Below, piece by piece: positions 1 to 12,208 of a stretch of 64,000 bases of DNA. The DNA comes from the human T2T-CHM13v2.0 reference genome, Homo sapiens. Position 1 is the first letter of the stretch. Each line of letters begins with the position of its first letter. The position numbers and the translations under genes are program-made. The stretch lies in the NCBI RefSeq assembly GCF_009914755.1, contig NC_060925.1. One strand, 5' to 3'. The notes beneath the pieces were generated by a model. That model searched no databases. It had not been told where the DNA came from and saw nothing but the letters and a program-made list of their open reading frames with translations.

Positions 1-2979
1 CATCAGTGGAATGTAAATGCGTCTCCTCACAACACTGAAAATACTGAGGCTGTGTGTTTAATCTGTGCTGTACAAGCCGAATGACCCTGAAAAGAACATG
101 AGCACTGAGCACGTTTGGAGAATTGGCATCAATCCTTGGAAACAGGATTGGGGAGGATTTTTCAGGCCTAGTGACTAATCATGGTTTTCTTCCTGAGGCT
201 CCTAACTCAGCCATATCCCTGAGGACAAGCAATCTAAATGGTGATTGAATAGAAAAGTTATAGACCCAAGGGAAGTATTTTTTTTTTTAAAGGGGCAGTG
301 GGAGTGTTGTTTGGGGTATGGGAAAAAGTAGAGAGAGTTGCGCTGCACTGCAAAATTGAAGAGGCTTAGTTTATAGTTTGAACATTCAATTCTATGTCTC
401 CTTGGGAGTTAAAAAAATAAAATTTCCCTGTTTCAGATTATTTAAGTCACTAAGAGGAATACTTTCTCTAAGCAATTACTTCAAAATTCAGAAATAATGT
501 AAATAATTCATGTCAGTATGATACCAAGTATGAGACAAGAATTATCCAGAAAAAAAACTATATTTTGAGAGTATGAATAGCAAATTATAGAAATAAAATA
601 TAATCAAGCACATTAGCCAGGTTATCTCAGCTTCTTTCTTAAATAGATCTCCAAGCTGCTTAGAAAACAGAGAACCTGATCTTCATTTTATTAAAACAGT
701 CTCCAAAAATTAACCAGTGGCTAAAGGAGAAGAGAACTTGTCATGCAATTTGTCTTTTGAGCCTTTTGTAGCAAAGGAACAGAGTTCTTGTCACTTCTGC
801 TTCCCACCTTTCCTTGGGCAAGGGTCTCAAACTATTATTTCAAAAAAAGATGTGGTCATTGTGAATATCATAATTACCCTATGTACTGTATATAACACAG
901 ACTTAGAGATCCCAAAGCATAAAATAACCACTTTAGCTTTATTGTATGATCTAATTTTATAGCAGGTTATTAAATTCTGTGCTAAATTTATACATAGAGA
1001 TGGAGAAATTTTAGTTCAGCAGTATTTTTAAACTAATAGGAAAATGCTGTTAGACTTTATTTTTGTCCCCTCCAAGAATAAATGCTTTAGATTCCTCAAT
1101 ACAAATGAAAACCTAGCCTTTGCTTCTGTTGTGCTTTTGCGTATTTAGGTGAACTGTTAGTAAAGTCATACATAAGGTTTAGGGTTTGTTTTTATTTTTT
1201 TTTTAATCCTGCTAACTTTAAAACCTATAGACTTTTACCAAATGGCTTATGAAAGCCTGACTTCTGAAACAAACCTTTAGTTCTAAAACTAAATACTATT
1301 TCAATAAATCCTCATAATATGAAGGTTTCTATCTTTGCTGGTTGTCAGGTTGCTTGGTGTTTTAAGTTGCTTTGAGTTCATAGATTTTAGAAATGTTCAC
1401 TTGGGATCTGACCAGCCTCTCAGCTTCACAGGATCCATCTCTGTTTAGACATACCAAGTCTCAAACTATTTTGAAGAGAAAAGGCTGTGCAGTGAAAGGC
1501 TACCCATTAAAGCATGATGTGTGTCTTTCATCTTCCACTAGGCAGAGTTCGAAACTGAAAGTCTGATAATTTGATGTAAACTGACAGTGACAATAGAAAT
1601 GGCTACTTTTGAGATTATTTAAGAGAAGGTGCAAGGTATAGACATTCATCAATGAAACACTAAAGGAAAGGTTTTTATTTCTGTGTTTGCTTTTTAAAAT
1701 AAGAATAGAGTAAATGGCACAATAGATTATATAAACAAGGACTTCAATGACAAGCTGTCAAAGTTAAAATAATATATTTTACATGGGTGACTTGACGCCA
1801 CACTTTATCACTTACATGAGGGGAAGCCAATTTGAGTCTGGTCAATAAAACACAACCTCCAAAGTTGGGCCTGGGGCAAAGCTGACATAGTGTGGCAGAG
1901 CCTGGTGGTTTGGCATCCACTTCTGCTGGGACACAGCAGGAGTTGGCACTGCTACCATCTGGGGTATGTCCTACATTTAAGCCCTATTTGATTAATCAAC
2001 ACTTATGCAGGTTGAAGGGACGATGCATTGGCTCTGCTCTGAGGCAGTTCAGGCTCTAGTAATTTAATGCAGGTCTGAGGCATAAATGGGACTAGTGATT
2101 CAAAAACTGGATTTACTGCAGTCTCACAACTGTTGAAAATTAAAGTACATGTGCTGCAAGTTAGGGGTTACTAGGGTATCTCATTATAGGAGGCTATTTT
2201 TTTTCAGAGGTTTGAATCTTTGCTGAATTACTGAGAGACTTATTCGAATGTAGGCTTGGACCAAATAATTTTCTGATAAATTGGCCATAAATCCTCAGTA
2301 AAATAAGCTTGGTGTTCTCAGCATATCTATTGGCTTTTTGATCATTTTTATGGCTTTCCTTTTGCTGGTCAAATTATCCTTATATGCTCCTAAAGCTCCT
2401 CTGACATGGATTAAGTCAACACAAACCAATAGACCTTCATTACTTTGGCAACTGGTTTTGATTTGGGGGCAATAAATATGATGACACAGACTAGATTACC
2501 TCTGCTGAAGGGATATGTGATAAGCCGTAGGGATGTCAGGGATCCTGCATTATTTTTTCTGCGTAATGTGAGAATGAATTAATAGCAGCTTTTAACTAGC
2601 TGAAGAAAGTTGGAAAGAAGAAAGAAATCTGAATGAAAAGAGAGCCAAGGTACGGCTTATAGGTTAAGAGCAGTGACACCAGTCGATCATAAGAAAGTCC
2701 ATGAACACCCAATGTGTGTCCAACACCGTGCAAGGCACAGGCAGGCAGGGTCAGGGCCAAATATGTGAGGAAACTAACATGTGATGTGATCCATATCTTA
2801 GTGTCTGGGAGAGGAGATAAGACCATCAATGAGAGCAAGATTTATTGTGCAATAAAAGTGTAGAGCAGAGAGAAATAAGCAAGGCCTGGTATAGCCAAGG
2901 AAGGGGTAATGGAAGAAGCAAGATCTGCAAATATGGGGGTTGGAGGAACTATTTTCCTTATAAAAATTGTTTGTTAAAT

Positions 2980-3470
2980 TATTACTTTTCCAACATTTTG
3001 CTTGGAAAAAAATGCAAACCTAAAGAGAATTGAAAAAAAGTTACAACTAATGCGTGTAACTCTTTAACCCAGATTACCAACTTTTTAACATTTTGATACC
3101 TTTGCTTTATCTCTGTCCATATACATGTATTTTTTTTTTGCTCAGTAATTAGAAAGTAGATTGCAGATGTCATGACACTTTACCACTAAGTATTTTAGTA
3201 TCTCTTAAGAAAGAAGGCTTCCTTCTATAACCACAATGCTAGTATCACACTCAAGAAATTTAACATCTTATATACTATCCATATTCAGACTTTCTAATTG
3301 TCCCAATAATGTCCCTTATAGATTTTTTAAATCCAGGATACAATCAATTGCATTTAATCATCATTTGGCATGTCTTTTTAGTATCTTTTTTTATCTCAAA
3401 CTGTCCCCTGCCCTTTTAATTCTTTTGCCACTGAATATTCTCTTGCTTTTGGAATTCTGTATAAAATCAA
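2980..3470 (-). mobile_element. Old L1 (L1MC4/5-like) 3' end fragment
   Basis: Characteristic text: ...cccagattaccaactttttaacattttg...gaaagtagattgcagatgtcatgacactttacc...ctataaccacaatgc...tgtcccaataatgtccct. Confidence 0.65.
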
Positions 3471-3849
3471 TTGGCATATTTATCCCTTGTCTTCTAAAAT
3501 TATTTAGTATGGCAGAAATGGGATATGAAGAAACTCCAATCTTTTTCTACACTACAAAATGCAAGTTAGTAGACGACCCAGCAGATACATAAAAAGGGAA
3601 CTCAAATAATGAAGCTACTATGTTGAAAATAAGTGGTATAAGTCATCAGCCTAGGAAAGGACCAGTAGTGAGTACACATGAAATTGCTCCCTCCATTCTG
3701 GCCCTCCTGAGAGACAGGAAATCAGGTTTCTTGACATGGTATCTAGATGGGTTATATGCCCAGTTTTGGTAAACACTTTCCTGGCACATGAGCTGTCTGC
3801 CACTTCCTATTCTAGTTCTTCTCCATTTGTGGCTCTGCATAAGGAGTTA

Positions 3850-4270
3850 TCCTTCTGTAAAGTTTCCCAGGCATGCAGGAAATATCCCAGAACCACAGGC
3901 ATGCTTTTTGTTCTCCTTAAAGCAATTGGATCATGGTGATTCCTTCAGCCTAAAACATACTTCTTTACCTCATTCTCCCAGCAACTTCCTTTGAGAAACT
4001 TAGCGATCCCATGAGGCACCTTCCTTTCTCCTTGTTTTTCCTTCATGTTCACCTCTAAACTAACACCACCCATATGGAACTGTAATTGCTTTATATAGCT
4101 GCCCCACCCCCAGGCACTATCACTAAACAGTGAATTATTTTAAAGATAATGGTTATGCCTTTTACTTCCATATCTCCAGGATCTAATATGCTGTCTGAAA
4201 GTTTGAAGGCATTCGGTAATAATTTGTTGAGTAAGTGAATGAAAGCATGAAAAAATGAATGAATGAATTT
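3850..4270 (+). mobile_element. L2 3' fragment
   Basis: Ends in an L2-type tail: ggcattcggtaataatttgttgagtaagtgaatgaa...tgaatgaatgaat. Confidence 0.5.
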
Positions 4271-4877
4271 CACCACCAACAAACTTTCTGGGTTCTATAG
4301 AACTCTTCTTATGACTGAGAAGAACTTAGTAATGTGTTAAACAGGGCAATCAGTGTTACAAGTGTGTGAGTCGATAATAATTGATCAGCCACTTGGGCAA
4401 AGCACTGCATTTTATATTATTGGGAAGTTCCAGAGTAACAAATAGTCATGCCTTACAGTCCTGAAGGGAGGGATAGATTTGGCTTAACTCACATTGAACA
4501 ACAGCTACACATTCATGCGCATATGTTATGCCAGGCAGGCCTAGCTACAGCTCTTCTCAAAAATGTGCTGGCCCTGGACATTGCTGTGTAAGAGTTACAG
4601 GTGAGTGGAGTCACATGGGCTTCTCTGGAGAGGCTTTGCAAAGTACAGAGAAAGTTTGAATTATCTTTTAAAAAGAGGAGAGGCATGATTGAATAAACGG
4701 CATGTTTCAGGATAGAGAAGTGGTTTGGAGGAACAGGTGATTCCTGTTTGAAAAGTGGCAGATAGAGAGAGTTGCTCTGCTGGAACCCCCCGGCCCCGGC
4801 ACTAGCTAGGCTGCAACTGGTGATGACCCTCATGAGGAAATGGGACTCATTAATAAAGAGCCTCAACTTAAAAATTG

Positions 4878-5044
4878 TTGGGTGGAGTGGCGCACGCCTG
4901 TAATCCTAGCACTTTGGGAAGCCAAGGTGGGCGGATAGCTTGAGCCCGGGAGGTCAAGTCTGCAGTGAGCCAAGATCATGCCACTGCACTCCAGCCTGAG
5001 CGACAGAGTGAGACCCTGTCTCAAAATAAATAAATAAATAAAAT
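4878..5044 (+). mobile_element. Monomeric Alu (FRAM/FAM-like, or an AluJ left/right-arm hybrid)
   Basis: ~165 bp. Left-arm-like start (gcactttgggaagccaaggtgggcgga) runs into a J-type right arm (ttgagcccgggaggtcaag..tgcagtgagc). (TAAA)n tail. Flanking AAAATTG direct repeats at 4871-4877 and 5046-5052. Confidence 0.9.
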
Positions 5045-8000
5045 CAAAATTGGCAATTTATATTTGATATGGACAGGTTTGATATAGTTCGTTCCCACGA
5101 CTTCCTAGTCACGTAAGTACGGTCATTTTTTTCTGTGGGGCTGGATGGAGGATGTAGATTCTGGAGGAAATAAAAGTGTGTAGAGAATAGATGAATTACC
5201 TAGGGAGAGGATAATTGGGCCAGGATTGTGACTGTGGGAATGCAGAGAGAGAAATTAGAACAGAATTGTAGGGGAATTTGTTACAAATGGGTCTGGGCAT
5301 AGAGTAATGAAGAGATGAAAAGGATGTGCTTTGAAAACTACAAGAGTTTGCAGCTCATAGCACTGAATGAGTTACACGCTCTGAATCTTTAGTTAGCAAC
5401 CACTGTTTTCTAAAATGAAATAAAGAGAAGAAAAGAAAAAAAAGGGAGAGAAGCATGAATGTCCACACAGCTTTTCTGAGACCAAAATAGGCCAAGCTAA
5501 TGTCCAGTAGTTCACCTAACGGAAACAAAAAGAATAATTCACATGTAGCAAATGATAGCTGGCTCCTGCTTATTTTTTACCTTTATTTTTGTTTTTAATC
5601 CTCACTAGCAGCTCCTGATTGTATCACGTGATAACGTTTCCATTCTAGATACGAGGAGCAGGAAAAGGTAAAAACAAACACATTGTTTGTTGATTTCACA
5701 AAAAGGAATAATGCTCGTGTCTGGTTGGCTCCTTGGTCATATTATCCCTTATCTGCCACTCCAATTCCTGCCAGCAGCACCTCAGAGATGGCACCTCCCC
5801 TTGCTGCTTCCGTTCCTCTGCAGGACACATGGTGAGGTTTTTATTACGTAAAAATCCCAAGAGGAAGAAGCTCTGTGTTGATAAAGTCAATAGCTCATTG
5901 CATGCTGCTAGACAAGCTCTAACTTTTAATTCTCTTCTGCCAAGTGGCAGTCTGCAATGTCTTTGTGGAACAGACACTGTTCCAGGTGCCAGGGAAACAA
6001 TTGGGAACAAGGAAGGCAAATATCTGCACCTGAATGGGGCTTCCATTACAGCAGGATACACACAAAAACTCTATAGACTTCACATGGTACTGAATGCTTG
6101 AGAGAATGAAAGCTGATTGCAATCAAAGAGGATGGTCAGGGAAGGTCTCCCCAAGAAGATGACAGCAAATAGTAACACCTACCTAGTTGAGTTATTAGGA
6201 GAATTAAAGCATTTTCTGTGTTAAAAACATCTGGCAAACCACTGACACAGGGTCAGAAGAAATGGCTAGCCATTATCTTTCAACAATAAATTTACAAAGC
6301 ATAATGAAATATAACTGAGTTTGAGCTGCTGGGATTTGGTTCTTGTATGAGATGAGGCGATAATTTTTATTCACAAGGCCATGTGCTCCAAAGAAAACAA
6401 TGCTATCACTTATACCACCTGCTTATGGAGAGAAAAATATGAAAGCAATGTCCTCAAACCTCTAGCTGCATCTATGCTTCTGCCTAAAATCTGGTATCCT
6501 AAGTAGGAGAGAGGTTGTGAATTATCAGGGCTTTTTCTTGATACTTATTTTTACAGATCTAATGCCTATGATGGCTCCTGCCAGGGACTGTTTGGCCCAC
6601 CACTCTACTTCTAGCTAGCATTGTGGTTACACAGTTTGTAGAATGCAGAAATAAACTTGTCTATTTATGACCAATGTCACAGCACATGTCAAATCTCAGT
6701 GTCACTGGGCCCTTTCCCTAAAGGTCTACAAGAGGAAATATGTCATGCTTGAGTTAATGTTGAGGTTGATTGTTTAACCTGGAACTAGAATTCCAAACAT
6801 ATATCCTTATGTTACATCAGTTTTTTTTTTCTCATTTATCTCCAATGTGTCCACAGGAAATTTCCACAGTAGCTGTTCTAGCCTCTTCCTTCCTATCATA
6901 GCTATACCATTCCTTCTGGTATGGAAATCATATCAGAAGGTTCCCAGGAAGCATCTTCCAGGCTGCGGTTCCCTGGACGGTCCCATCTCAGCTCAGTTTT
7001 TCCTCCCCCAGCTATTGTGATGACCCCCAATCAGCATAGTTATAAGAAATTGTAATCACATGGTGAGAATTAATGAGAAAGCCTTTATATTGGATTCCTT
7101 CTTTTTCCAGCAAGAGACTTCAAACCCTGCTAACTGCAGTCTTACAGCCCTTGGAGGGGGCCGTAGCTCACCATTGTTCTGTTCTCGGCAAACCCAGTGG
7201 GAGCTTATCTGTTTTCTGGGAGAAGCAGAGCAGCCAGATGAAGAGATGGGGCAGTGCCAAGGAGAAAATGATACTCAGCATGCAGTGCAGATCCCTCCCT
7301 CCCCTGTTCCCTGCTGTCGGCCTGCTGCTCAGAGGGAAAGGTGCCTGGTGGCTCTCTGATCGCCATCCTTTCTTCACATTCCTAAGCCTTTTATTTGGTG
7401 GAAGGAGCATCTGGCTGGATAGCCTCCTCCTTATCCCAGGACACTTCCCGAGTTCTCTCTTTTGGCTTTTTAATACCTTATTTTCCCCTTATGACTGTAA
7501 AGTGGACAGTGTATTTATGGTTGAAAATTGGCTGCTATAGCAATATTAATTTTAAAAACAGAGTTTTGGCACATATTCAATATTACTATGGAAACGGCCG
7601 CTTCTAACAATTCACTCATAAGATATAGTTCAAGGACTGAGGTCTGTGTGGGAGGTTTTTACCATCCACCAAATTGACGATCTACTTGTCAGAATAGCAA
7701 TTCACAAGAACTGCTCTCCAAATTTGTATTCCTTTTTTAAAAAATTTAGTGGATGAGCATTCGAGAGATGCCTTTATTTTACTTTATATATGTAGATGGA
7801 AGATAAATATTCCAACTGGCATGTTAAAGACACAATGTGTTTAAAATAATTTTTCCATGAATCACTAATTCTCTTAATTGCACATAATGGTCTTACTTGG
7901 TTATTTGATGTAACACTAAATACACACACAGACACAACTAGTTTCAGAAACGCACATATTGAAGCTGGAATGTAACCTGTAATCAATTGACACATTCAAA

Positions 8001-9929
8001 CATTTTAACTTTCCATCTTAAACTGTCTCCACATATTTCTATGTAACTGATATACATACAACTGAATTCCAGGAAAGACTTGAAGTAATTCATTCCACTG
8101 TGGTGTTTTCCAGGAGCCAGTTTTTAACCCCAAATATTGCCTTCATTTTTAACCGCAAACATACTTCTGTTGGTTTTATAAAACGCAGGCATGAGAGAAA
8201 GGACCTCTGGGGGCTGATGGTTGCAGCATTAGTTCTTGAATTCCCTCACTTTAAGTCAAAGCTTTCATGTTTGCACCTCTGTTCACTTGGGAATGTGAGG
8301 TTACATTTTCCAAAAAATCCTGCAATGTTTCATATTTTTTCAGAGCTCCTTCTGATATGTTTATTGTTTTCACATTATTTCAAATGCTGTCATCGGCCCT
8401 AAATATCATGAAAGATAGGTCCTGATGCTGACAACAGAATTTGTCTCATTTCTCTTATTTCCAGCTCATTTTGTGTTTTCCAAATTAGATTAACTCTCAA
8501 GCAATTAGTAACAGTTGATTCTGATAGGCCCAGGTTGCACACCCTTCCACCAGCGCCACATCAGCACAGTGAGAGTGATAACCCGAAGCGCCTCCTTGTT
8601 CACAAGGATGGCCCTGAGTGGATGGTAGGAGTTCTGAAATCCAAACAGGATCAAGAAAATCAATCAGGGGAAGGTCACTTGGGGTAATAAACAAGAGTAA
8701 TCACATGGATCAAAGTTCTTGTCCTGTGCGTATGTCCTATGAGAAGCTCTTTATCCACTGAATGCTGTAATTCTCAGAACAATTCTAAGACGTGGGAATT
8801 GTTGTCCCCATTTATTATACTTATCCTACATATACTGTGGGAAAATGGTATATGAGCAGAGCTCTTAACCACTTCATTACACAGCCAGGAGTGGCAGAGG
8901 TAGGGCTGCATCTCAGGCCTTGAATTTGCTCTTTCATTCTTATGACATTTCTGAGAGAAGTGGGAAAACAGTATATGTAGGCTAAGTATACTAAACAAGT
9001 ATCGAAATTGGATTCAAATCCCTTTCTGTCTGCTTAGCAAGTGCATGCTGTTTCCAGTTCCCCTTCAGAAGAAACAAGATGAAATTTCTTTTCTGGGATT
9101 AAGAGGAAAACACACATTAACCTATGGTGCTAGCACATTCCAGCATACAATAATCAGGATGGAAGTTTCAAAATAGGTTTTGACAGTCTCACCATAGAAT
9201 ACCATGGAATAACCTTGCTTGGGTCCTATATAGGCCAGAACCCAGTTAATGTTTCAGAATAAATTCTCTTTGAGGAGAACAAATGAAACATCTATTTATT
9301 TTATTCTGCAGATATGGAGTTCAAAGTAATCACAGTTTAAATTAATCATACATACAATATACATTTTTTAAAAGATGTTAATATGATAACTGACTGCAGA
9401 TAGCAGCATGTCATTTTTCAGAAAAAAAAAAAACAATTCTACATTATATTTATAATTAATTTGGGGTATGTCTTTTCAGGAAAAGGTTATTCAAAAGCTC
9501 AGTGTTAGAGCACAACCAATCCAAATAGGGCTGGCCTTAAATCTCGTCCTGCACCTGGAGGCCTCCATCATCAGTTCATGTGTCCCAGCAGTTTCAATTA
9601 TCAAAAGATCCATCCTAGTGCCGTATATTTTAAGCACAGTTGAAGAATAGTGGAGCAAAAAAAAAAAAGCCTTTCAACCATGGGAATTTAAAAGCAAAGG
9701 GCCCTGAAGAGGCGATTTCAAAACCCTACTCATTCAGTTCACTCTAAAGCTTAATGACATGCCCTATTTGATACAGTTAGGGGAACTCTTTCATCAAAAA
9801 CTTTATATGAGGCTGGGAATTGCAATATTAGGTTTGTAGGTTGGCTCCCTTGGTCATACTGCAACGTCCTGAGGGAATTCTAGTTTATCTTTTAAAAGCA
9901 AATAGAATTAGGGAAAATGATAAATGGTA

Positions 9930-10185
9930 TACTAATGACTACTAATATGTTTGTGTATTTGAGAACTTCCTATAGGCTGTGCTTTTTGTATTTTACATTC
10001 TTTGTGTTTTATTTGGTCCCATCCTTTGAAGTAGATGTTAATATTCCATTTTATAAATGATGAAAATGAGTTCCTAAGAGGTGAAATAACTTGCTGTGTT
10101 TGCACAAGTAATTGGCAGAGCCACGAATCAAACCCAGGTCTCTGCCTCTGAAGACTGACCTCTTAACCACTTCATTACACAGCCA
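9930..10185 (-). mobile_element. MIR
   Basis: MIR core ccattttataaatgatgaaaatgagttcctaagaggtgaaataacttgc...ggcagagccacgaatcaaacccaggtctctgcctc. Confidence 0.75.
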
Positions 10186-11507
10186 GGACTGGCAGAGGTG
10201 GGGCTGGATCCCAGGCCTTGAATTTGCTCTTTTATTTTTATCACATTTTTAAGAACAGCAAAGCAACTGTAGATGAAGGACTTGGTTCCTCAGGAGTCCC
10301 AAAATATGTGAAACAGGTCAGCCCTCTGGTTCAACCTGAATTGAGGTACTAACAAGGACTCGGGACCCACCCCCATGAGTCCTTCTTCCTCTCCTGTTGC
10401 AGCATAGCAGATGAGAGGATCTGGGAAGCCTCAGTTTACCCAATGTAATCAATCTCAGGCTGAATGAGAAGAGAAGGGCCTGGAAAAGTTTAGAAAACAG
10501 AGACAAACCAAGTGATTTTTCTCTTGTGTGCATGGGTGTGGGCACTCCCAACTCTCTCATCCAGGAGAACCGCCATTTACTCCAACAGATGACATGATTT
10601 ACCAGACAGATTAAGATGAAATCAACATCTAAGAACAAGAGTGTGCATTTTCTAAAGATCATTGGATAGTACTAAGGTGTTTTTCTGGTCAGATTTCATC
10701 TGCTCTTCTGTGTCCCAGCCTTTTGACCTTTCAAGCCCAACTCTGCGGTTCTGTTCCTCTTTCCCAGGCCAGAGTTATCTTTATTGATAAAACATATAAT
10801 TATTTACAAAAGCATGGCCACACAGTATGGATGGAGAGTTTGCCCTCTAGTTGACATAAACTATTTTTTCTAAAAAACTACTGAACTCTATGAAATTCTA
10901 TATGCTTTACTTCAAAAGCTCCAGTCATTGTCATAACCCAGAATTTTTCACAGTAATATGAAGGAGAGATGGAGTAGTAAACATATTTCTAATGATCTAA
11001 TAGTACTATATTCTTGAATGTCTCCAAGGCACCTAAGACCAGCTTTTCCCAGCCTGACCTCATATTCTTCCTACACAAACCTCATGTGAACCCAGTTTTT
11101 CCTCATGTGAGCCCAATTTCAATGACTGACATCCCAATCCACCTGCTCATCTAATGTGGTATCAACAGCCATCTTCATCCTTCCTCTCTTCCCCACTACC
11201 CCACACAATCTGACATGGGGTGATGCTGAATTTACCTCAGAAATCCCTGTCAAACATTCTTTCCCTTCAATTCTCACTCCTTTGCTAAATTTAGACCTAG
11301 GTAATCTCTTATCATGACTAATAAGATAAACTAACTTCTCTGCCTCCAATTTCTTCCCCACCTACACTATCTCCCATCCTCCACCCTGTTACCAGAGCTT
11401 ATCAAGTCATGCTTTTGCTTAAATATCTTCAGTGGCTCCTCACTGACTACAGGACAAAGTCTGAGTTTAGTGTGGCATTCACATTTCTTAACAAGACCCT
11501 TCTACTT

Positions 11508-11643
11508 TATAGTATTTTCTCTCACCAACTCTTTTCACCCTTTCCCAATTCAAACATACACATTCATGGTCAATGTATTGGTCAATATAGTATTTTCTCT
11601 CACCAACTCTTTTCACCCTTTCCCAATTCAAACATACACATTC
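11508..11643. repeat. Perfect 58-bp direct repeat pair with a 20-bp spacer
   Basis: tatagtattttctctcaccaactcttttcaccctttcccaattcaaacatacacattc at 11508-11565 and 11586-11643. Confidence 0.95.
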
Positions 11644-11701
11644 GGTCACACTGGGTTTCTTACTCTTTCCCTAAATTCTAAGGACTTTTATGTCTTCTTG
11701 C

Positions 11702-12012
11702 GTTTTATGTTTTGTTTTTGTTTTTGTTTTGAGACAGAGTTTTGCTCTATCACCCAGGGTGGAGTGCAGTAGCCTGATCTCAGCTTACATCAACCTCCGC
11801 ATCTCGGGTTCAAGCGATTCTTCTGCCTCAGCCTCCCAAGTCGTTGGGATTACAGGCACCCACCACCATGCCCTGCTAATTTTTGTATATTTAGTAGAGA
11901 TAGGGTTTCACCATGTTGGCCAGGCTGGTCTCGAACTCCTGACCTCAGGTGATCTGCCCACCTCAGCTTCCGAAAGTGCTGGGATTACAGATGTGAGCCA
12001 CCGAGATTGTCT
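11702..12012 (-). mobile_element. Alu (AluSx-like)
   Basis: Full dimer on the - strand with a (TTTTG)n tail; cctgacctcaggtgatc diagnostic. Confidence 0.95.
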
Positions 12013-12163
12013 CATTAAAGTGGAATTTCCTCCTTGAAGTACTTGAGCATCCACTAATCCTTCAAAGGACAATCATGTCTCATTCCAATCTTGCTCCACC
12101 TACTCCTCAACACAATTAATTCATCACATGGTCATAACACCTATCTGTAATGTATTATGATTA

Positions 12164-12165
<2 letters not shown>

Positions 12166-12208
<43 letters not shown>
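12166..12208. repeat. (TG)~18 followed by (CG)3 microsatellite
   Basis: Read directly from the sequence. Confidence 0.95.

Noticed and set aside
7073-7540. Longest ORF in the track (155 aa) as a nested gene
   Set aside because: No recognisable domain, and no promoter or poly(A) context. The length is compatible with chance in a locally GC-richer patch.
11508-11643. Repeat-spacer-repeat resembling a CRISPR mini-array
   Set aside because: Primate DNA, only two units, a 58-bp repeat derived from L2, and no cas genes. Explained as a duplication scar.
11690-12037. Alu-derived ORFs (also 22094-22339 and 32735-32960)
   Set aside because: Standard translations of Alu sequence.
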